Shown: positions 17,322 through 26,300 of the stretch, in pieces
How positions within the stretch are numbered: position 1 is the stretch's first letter
Layout: the number at the start of each line of letters is the position of its first letter
Program-made: the position numbers and the translations under genes
Notes under the pieces: model-generated
Told to the model about the DNA's origin: nothing
Databases searched by the model: none
Seen by the model: the letters and a program-made list of their open reading frames with translations, nothing else
Source: a virus
Taxonomy: Duplodnaviria; Caudoviricetes
Length of the DNA: 29,314 nt
Strand: one strand, 5' to 3'
Virus record (IMG/VR): IMGVR_UViG_3300030430_001561
Location: 1 to 29,314 of that record

Positions 17322-20300
17322 CCGACATCGACACCTATCTTTCGCAGATTCAACGGCTTGAAGACTCTCTTCTGCCGCCTGATCGGTACTTGGAGATACA
17401 AAAGCAGCAGTCGGAGGGCTTGCGTACCTTGTTCGGCCAGCCTGCCAGCGGGTCTGTGCAGGGTGCTTCATCAGCATTGGAATCTACGATCAAGCAGCAG
17501 TTGGCAAACGCTTACACGGGCCAAGAACTGCTGGAATACTCGCCGGGTCAATACAAGACCCACGCCGCGAGGGAGATGTTCCGCAAGACCTACGACCAAC
17601 GGTTTAGCGAACTGACGAAAGACCTTCAAGATGGCGATGTGCCGGGCTACATCGAGGCGTTCTGGGAGGGCAACACCTCGACTATGGAAGACTCCGTGCT
17701 TCAGTTTGTTGAGCATGGTTTGTCAACGAAAGACTTCAAGTCGGACGAAGAGCGGCAGGCATACGTCGATGCAATGCAACGAGCATCCGCCGCGTACAAG
17801 GGCATCATTGGATCTGGCGGCACTGGAAAGCAAGCGGCCCTGACGTTTGGTGAGACTCTCAACGAGATCACTGGTACTGGTGCAGCGTTTGCTGGTGCTG
17901 GTGCGTTGGCTACGGCTTGGACTGGCCCCGGTGCGTTGGTTGGTGCGAAGATTGGATTTCTTGTTGGCTCTGCGGTGGGTATGGGTCGGCTTGCTTTCCG
18001 TCTTTACGATGCGACCGAACGTGAGTATGAAAGCGAACTGGTAAACGAAAACATCAAGCGAGCCACCGAAGGCCGCGAGATGATGAAATACAACCGCAAC
18101 GAGGTGGTGAAGCGAGCGTCCACTGCGGTTGCAACTGAGGGTTTGGTTGAAGCGGGCAGTGCTTTGGCGTTTGGCTTTGGCGGCAATGCGGCGATACGAA
18201 TGTTGCGACGAGGTGCTGGCGACGTTGCAGATGACGCTGTCAAGGCAGCAACCAAAGCAGCAATCAGAGACACGCAAAGCGTAACCGGACGGGTGCTGCG
18301 GACAGCCGGTGAAGAGATTAAGAAAAAGGTCGGTCACGGCATGGTGACTGAAGGCTTTGAAGAGGGTGCAGCCAACATCCTGAACTCGTTGGCCGCGAAT
18401 GCAATCTCAGAGATTGACATGGATCGCCTTGACTTTGGCGAAGCAGGCCACGACGCATTGATTGGTGCGATTGTTGGCGGTGGTTTGGCAGTTGGAAACA
18501 ACGTGGCTTACGCCCCAATTCAAGCGGGTCTCAGAAGAAAAGCAAGAAAAGAACTAGGCACTCGCATCCGAACTGGTATGGCCGCTGCCAGAGACACCAT
18601 GGAAATGGAGGAGAATCTCGAAGGCGACGTTCAGGCATTTGCTGAAAAGGACGATGCAGCCCAACAAGAAGAGATTGCTGGATTCCAAAGCGAGCGAGCC
18701 AAGTTGGAGGCCGAGCGTGAATCTACACGGCGGCAAAGAATCGAAAAAGCCGCTGAGTTTGGGGAGGCCCGCAAGGCTGGTGAGGAAACCGATGGCTTGC
18801 TTGAAGAATACCAGTTGCTCGAAGAAAAAGAAGCGACCCTAACCTCCGAGATCAATCGTATTGACACCGGCCTTGCTGCTCGCCGAGGTGTTCTTGGCGT
18901 TCCGGTAGCGGGTGGTGAGGCAGCGTCTCAAACTGTTGAGGAGACACTTGACCGTGTAGGCAAACGAAGCGGGGGAACGCTGACTGAGGCAGAAAGCCTT
19001 ACTGAAGATGAGCAAGCAGCGGTGGACATGGGCCGTGACATGGGTGTCGAGGTGGTTGTTTTTGAGGGAAGCCAGCCTTCCTTCTACTCAAACCGAACAA
19101 CCAAAGACGGCAAAGGGGTGCTGTTCCTAAACCGAGATGCAGTTACTTCAAAGGCAGACGGTCAGTCAGAAGTGTTGCACGAGATGGTTCACTACATCCA
19201 GCACACCAACCCTGAGTTGTATTCAGAAATTCGTGCGGAACTCGACGAGTTGTCAATCTTGTCTGCTGGCATGGACTACGTCGCGGTTGGAGAAGATGCA
19301 AGGCCAACCGACAAGCGGGCGGCAACTGCTGCGGTGGCTGTCGCAAACGGCCTGACCTTGGGCAATTCATTGGAAGAGGTTGAGGCTGTTGCACGACTTG
19401 AGGCAGAGGGCGTGGCTCGTGCTTTGGAAAAAGGCAAGCGGGCAAACAAATCTCGGATCGACAACCTGCTGGTCCGTCTTGGACTGGGAACCAAAGAGGA
19501 GACCGCAGCCCGGAATGTTCTTGGCCTGTTGAAGCAAGCCAATGAAGATGGCCGGATGGTTGCCCCAACCGACAAAGTCACCGGCCTCGGTGCTGCTGCT
19601 GTCCGCTTGAGCGAGCAGGCAACTAGCAAAGATATCGCAGAAGAGAAGGCGGAGAAAGCGTCCCAGACCGCACTGCAACCTTTTTACGACCGAATAGATG
19701 CAGCCGGAGCCGCCGAGACACCCGCTGCTGACGAGTCTTCAGCCGAGGCTGCCGAGGTTCCAGAAGGTGACCTGCCAGACATCGACGAAGACATTGACGT
19801 TGACATCTCAGAGAACCGCTTGCGTGCGACTGCTGAAGGCAACCGCATTGCAGTCACCGAGACCCCAGAGTTTAAGAACTGGTTCGGCAACTCCAAGGTG
19901 GTTGACGAGCAAGGCCGTCCCATCATCATGTACCACGGTACAAGGTTTGAGATGGCGGACCTGCCCGGCGGCACATCTATGTCGTTTGACCCGTTGCTGG
20001 GTGACGGGGGCATGCACCTCACCTCACACCCACGAGTTGCCGCCAAGTTTGCTACCCGCTCAATATCTGAACAGATTCTGAAGCGTGAACTACATGGCGA
20101 GGTTCTCAACCACTACCAGATTGAAAACTATCTTGCTCCTGAAGGTGGCCGGGTCTACCCCCTGTACCTACGCATTGAGAAGCCACTGACCATCCGTGAC
20201 ACAGGGTCTTGGAACAGCCAAGAGTCCTTTGAGGTTATTGCTGACTTTGCTGGGGTTCCACGAGTCCGGGCGTACCGGATCGGTGCTGAAGGATTGAATG

Positions 20301-23300
20301 CCGGGTCTCAGATTGCCTTGGCTGAATTGCAAGCGGAGATTGACCACGCAAGAAAGATTGGCGACACGCACACGGAGAACTTGAAGACCAGAGACTTGCA
20401 CCACCTGCAAATGCACATGGCAAACGGTGGGTACACGGCGGCGGACATGGCTCACGGCTTCCCTGTTCACCCCGGCCTGAAGGCCATGAACTTTGGCTTG
20501 GCCCATCTTCTTCGGTCGCTTGGGTACGACGGAGTGCGGTATCTCAACCGATACGAAATGCCCTTGGGCGTGGCTGACACCAAAAGGTTCGGCCACCAAC
20601 AAGGTAGCACTGTTGCAGAGTTTCAATCAAGGTCCGAAGCCAAGTTCAACAAACGTAGCCCGTACAACAACACTCGATACGGCAAGGCATTGACTGACGA
20701 AGAGATGCAGGAACTGCTCGACGAAAACGGAGTCGAGGAAGACATCTGCTACTACTGCATTGATGCCAATCAAGTCAAGTCGGCCACCGCCAACAAGGGT
20801 GGCTACCGCTTGGACTCTGACGATATCAGTGAAAACCGTTCGGTCAGCAAGAAGAAGAAGGCACAGTCGAAGAAGGCCAAGGACCAAGCAGACCGAGCGG
20901 CCCCCGGCCACATCATGCCGGGTGTTGAGAAGGCCCTGTCCGCCGTGACTCTGCTTGACTTGGAACGAGTTGTTCCCGAAGCGGACAAGACCGGCGGCGA
21001 GCCTATGAAGTTGCGGAACGGTCACCCGCATCGCATGGCTGACGGCAGATCCTTCAATCAGATGGAGCCGTCTACCACCATTACCCTGCCACCTTTGACC
21101 GAAGAAGATATGCAGCAGGCTCACGAGGCTGCGGTGTTTGCCATCGGCGGCGAGTCTGAGTTTGAAGCACTCAAGGCCCGCAATGCCATGAAGGTCAAAC
21201 TTGAGCCGAGCGTCCCAAACTTGCAGGTGGGCAACAAGCGTGACGGCATTGACCCCAGTACCCAAGGCGTGCTTGGCACGGAAGAATACAACCGGCTGCG
21301 TGAGGCTAACCCACCAGACCCAGAAGCAGAACCAACTGCGATCTCCGCCGACCTAGTTCACAACGAAGACGGCACACCGGCAATCATTGACCCAGAGTTT
21401 GTCAACGAATCTTTGGCACTGCCCGCCGCCCAGCGGTTCTGGTACGAGACCTTTGGCGAGGACGTAGCGACATTCCTACCAGACATCTTTGGTGCGCACA
21501 ACGACTCACTGCTTCTTGCCAACTTGATCTCAGCCACCTCTGCACAAACTGCGGTCGAGCAGAACATGCGTCGGGGCCTGAGCATCTACGCATCCACCAA
21601 GTCAGGTCAGCCCTCGTTTGTTGGCATGCCCATCCCAACCTCAGTGCAGCAGGCTCAGTTGCTGGAGGAGTACGGTCTTGATGGTCAATACAAGACCGGG
21701 TCATTTGCCCCAACCTTGATGCTTGGTCTGGGTGTGTTCAACGAACAACGCGGCGTGCCGCTGACCGTGCTTGATGTGATCATGTCTCGCTTCTTCAGAC
21801 TGCCTCAGTCGGTGTTCTCCGATCCGATCATGTATCGGTACGGACACACAGTGATGGCGAAGATCGCACAGATCGTCAACCAGAAGCGGGCGATGACTCC
21901 AGAGTATGTTGAGGCCCAAGGGCGTATTCGCAACGGTACGGCCACCGATGCTGATGTGATGTTGGTTGAGGCTGTCCGTCCTTGGCAGGTGCAGGCCGTG
22001 CTTTGGTCCAACCGTGCTGACGATTCAGGCACGTTCTCCGATGCAATGAAGTTGATTCGTGAGGACCTGATTGCCGTGGGCATCGAGCCTGACGATCAAG
22101 GTGGGTTCTCCACCGAGCAGTTGACATCTCCAGAAGCATTGCGTGCCATCGAAGCAGCGTCTGCTGTTCGCTCCGGCACAGTCACATCTCTTCAGGTGGG
22201 ACAAGTTGCAGGCCAAGCGTCGTTGCAGAAGGACAACCTCGTGGCACTGGCTTATGCGTTGCTCAACTCAGATGTGTTGACCGACGCCCAGAAGCAAACG
22301 CTCCGCAACAAACTGAGCAAGGTGACCCAGCAAGACATCAACCTGTTGAAGGAGATTGTTGGCGGTCGCAACCGTTTGACCCCCGCCAAGAACGCTCGCG
22401 TTGGATTGGAACTCGGATCGTACGAGGCGTTTGTGGATGCTGCTCTGGTACAGGATGCGGTCACAGAAGCCATGTCTCGTGTTGCAGCGGAAGGCGGAGT
22501 AGTCGCAGATGTCAAGATCGGGAAGGGCATGGGCGAGACCCTTTCCGTCCGCATTCCGGTCGCTGCCTTTGGCTTGGGCTACAACGCCACGGCTGCCCTG
22601 CCCGCAGCGGAGCAGGCGGGTCTTGACAAGTCAGGACTGTACCGCACAGCCTCGATGGGCTTGATGTCAAACAACAAGGTCTTGGGTGAGGGAACCTACG
22701 CGATTGGTTCGGCAGGTGTCCGTGACGGATTCATCACCCCCGAGGAACACATCCTTGCACCGGGTTTGACGGCAGCAGAGTCCGTGTTCGGTCTGAAGTT
22801 GCTGGGCATTGCCTTGGGACAACGTGTTGTGCGCGCTCACCGGGTGGTTGAAGCAGGGCGAGAGGGTTCTACACCAGCCTTGGCCGTGTTTGTGCCGGGC
22901 CAGTTTGTTCGCCAAGAGGATATGGCAGCCGTTGCCGGTGCGATTGAACCGCACGGTATGCAGTTGATTGTCCGTGCAGTAACCAACGGTTCTTTGGTCA
23001 CCGCCATCCATGCCGATGGTTCAGCCGAGGCTATCACCGACGATGCCACCGATGCCTTTGCCGACGCGATGGCCGCTCGATACACAGGTGACTTGATTGT
23101 TGAAGATATCGCGTTAGACTATGTCGAAGAAGAGACTGGTCTGCGTGGTGACGGCACTGACTCCCCGGCCAAAATCCGGGCCGCCGAAGACAAGTTCATT
23201 CGTCAGATTGCACGCGAGGATGCCTCGCCTAATTCTGACTGGTCCACGAAATTATCAAAGGATGCAAAAAATGATTTCGCCCAAGCCGGTATCACCACCC

Positions 23301-26300
23301 AAGCAGACTTCGCCAAGATTCTCGTCCCCGACCTCAAAGATAAGCAGACACGCGAAGCGTTTGAGCGAGCGGCTCAACTGCCGCTCAAGAGCCGGAAGCG
23401 AATCGCTACAGCACTTGGACGCAGTCGTGCATACCAACTGCATGTGCAGCGTAACCAGATAAGGCAACTGGTTGCCGACTATGTGGTCAAGACCGCAGAC
23501 CCGGTAGCCAAACTTGAACAGCATCTGGTCAAGGCTGCCACCGCTGGTGAAGGGGTTCTGTCTGCGGGTCAAGCAGAGTTCGCTACGTCCCTGATCCAGA
23601 ACGAGACCAGCCAGTCTGAGGACATTTCAGAGAACCGACCCGTGTTCTATCACGGCTCTGATGCCACCTTCGATCAGACGGAGGAAGGCAATCTATACCT
23701 TTCCAAAGATCCAGCGGTGGCAGCACAGGTCGGGTCGAACGTGCGGCGGTTCAACATTACCGGCCCGGTCGAGTCGTTCCTGCCAGAGGACCGAGATGCT
23801 CGGGCCTTTGCCGTGCTGCGATCCGTCTACAACCAAACGGTGGGTACAGACACGTTCCCAACACTGGATGCGTTCATCGTGGCTTTGGACAACGGGACCG
23901 TGTTCCAAACCTTGGCCGATGGAGGGACGCAGGAGACCGTGGTCAACGCATTGATCGACCAGTCTGGTTCGACGGGCGTGCTGATTCCTGACGCGGTCGG
24001 CGGTGCAATCACTGAGACTCTGGTGGTCAGCAACCCAGCAGCGTTGGCTGAGGTGACCGAGGATATCTCTGAGAACCGTGAAGCCCCCAAGACCAGAACC
24101 CAGTTGCAAAACAGGGGCAGGGCAAACCTCAACAAACTCGACAGACACCGTGCTGGTCCGATGTTCGCCATGATCCTTGGTGATGTTGAGAAGACCCAGA
24201 AGGCACTGCTTGGCAATCGTTTGGGTACAAGTCCCGGTCTTGCTGCCACCGACACAGCCCTTGGCGTGATTGAAATCATGGAGCAACTGTCTGCTGCCGA
24301 CGCGGATGCCGTGGCTGAACAACACCTGATTGAGTTGCGAGACGCTACTCGGGCCGCTGGCAAGCGGGCTGCTGATGCAGCCAAGTCCAGAGCCGAGATG
24401 CGAATCGCTGCGGAGAAAAGAAAGAGTGACGAGCAGGCAGTCCGTTTGCGGCAGCAGCGTGTTGACGCTTTGCTCAAAGCAGCCGAGGACAAGAAGAGGG
24501 TTGTCGGCAACCTCAAAGATCGGCTTGCCAATGTCAAAGAGCAGTTGGCGGACGAGAAAGTCAAGAACCGTGCAGCCTTGCAGGCACAGCGTGAGGAGTT
24601 TGAGACCGCCCTCAACGAGTTGGATGCTGACCGGCTGGCCCGCACTGAACGTCTACTGCGGAACATGCGTGAACGATCCGAGCGTGACTTGGAGGCATTG
24701 CAGTCCAAGTACGAGGCTCGTGCGCAGGTCGAACAGATTCGTCGTGAGGCGGTCGAGCGATTCCGCAACATCCTGATTGCACAAGTCATCAAGCGTTTGC
24801 CCAAGTCAGAACGCGGTGCATTCTTGAAGGCACTGTCCAAGCCCAACATCACGCTTGATCGGTTTGAGAAGATCGCCGCCCGCATCCACGAGGCTTCGGC
24901 AACCTATGAAGTTCGTGCCGCCAAGGACAAGTTGGCACGGCAGGCCAAGCGGCTCAAGAAGCGAAAGATGTCGCAGGCCACACGCACGGCTATCCAAGAG
25001 AAGTTGGAAGAAGCCAAACGTCTGCTGGATGTGCAAGCCGCCAAGGCCAAGGCAGCCCAAGAGGGATTGTCTGAGCAGGAGCAGCGTGTCCAGAACGCCA
25101 TGGAGTTGCGGCGTGTGGTCAAGTTGGCGAAGAACGAGATGGGTGAGGCGGAGGCCGCGTATCAGGCTGACCGTGAAGCCTACATGGACACCAAGAACGA
25201 GCGTGGTGCATTGATCCGTCAGCGTGTCGAAGCCATCATCGAGGCGGTATCCAAGATGAAAGATGCCAAGTCAGTGGGCGATGTGGTCGGAGACTCCAGA
25301 GAGACATCGTTCTTGGGCTACCTTGGCAAGCGAGGAACGCTTGACCTCAAGGCCGTCTTGGATGAACTGGGCCTGACCAATGAGCATTCGATCTTGGCCG
25401 CATCCGAGTCGGGCATGCTGTCTGCAAGACGTGAGATTCTGCTGGTGTTGGACGAGGCAGCCAAGGACGCAGGGTTTGAGAGCCTGACCGAACTGGTGGC
25501 TCACACCTCTGGCAGTAAGGGCTTGACCGAACGCAACTTTACCTCGTTCACATACCGGGACGAAAGCGGCAAGTCCAAGACCATACAGATCACGCTGGGT
25601 CAGGCACTCAAACTGCTGGCGTTTGATGACCACACCTTGGAAGAGATTGCCAGCCAAGCCACCAACCGCAAGGGCGTGATTGAGAAGCCGATGAAGTTGG
25701 ACTTCTCGCTGGCCGAGCGTGAGGGCAAGATACAAATCTCGGGCAAAAACTTGGTCGAGGACATCATCAGGTTCCGTGCGCAGGCCGCCGACAACATGCT
25801 GGTGGACAAACGGCTCGCCAAGTTTGTGCAGCGTGCCAAGAAGTTGCGAGAACAGAACGTCCGGCCCGCTGGCATGGCAGCCTTGTACCGTCTGACCGGC
25901 ACGATGCCTGAGCAGATTCCCGGCTACGAACCACGCAAGGTACGTCGGGAGATGGGCGATCCAGAGACAGCACTTGACGGCAACTCCTCGCAGCAAACCC
26001 TTCGCATGGCACAGGGTGCGTCGTTCACCAAGGAGCGAACCGGCGGAGCAACCATCCGAGTCACTGACTTCATGATGGATTACTTTGAGTCGGTGGATGC
26101 TGGCTTACGTTTGGCATTCATGGGTGAGCCAACCCGTGTGATCTGGGCAGCCATCACAGACTCCGAAGTGCAGACTGAACTTGAAAACAAGTTGGGAACT
26201 GACGGCTACCGCAACGTCAAGACCCACATCGGTTATGCCCTTGGTCTGGTTGACCCGACCGGCGGCGACAGCCTTCAGGGTGACATCACATCTGTTGGTG

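Noticed and set aside
19802-24079. DISENR copies as DNA-level repeats (CRISPR, att or integron-like sites)
   Set aside because: Only 18 nt, irregular spacing of 441-2799 nt, no palindromy, and variation confined to synonymous positions including TCA/AGT/TCT serine; kept as a peptide signal instead, though microhomology use is not excluded.
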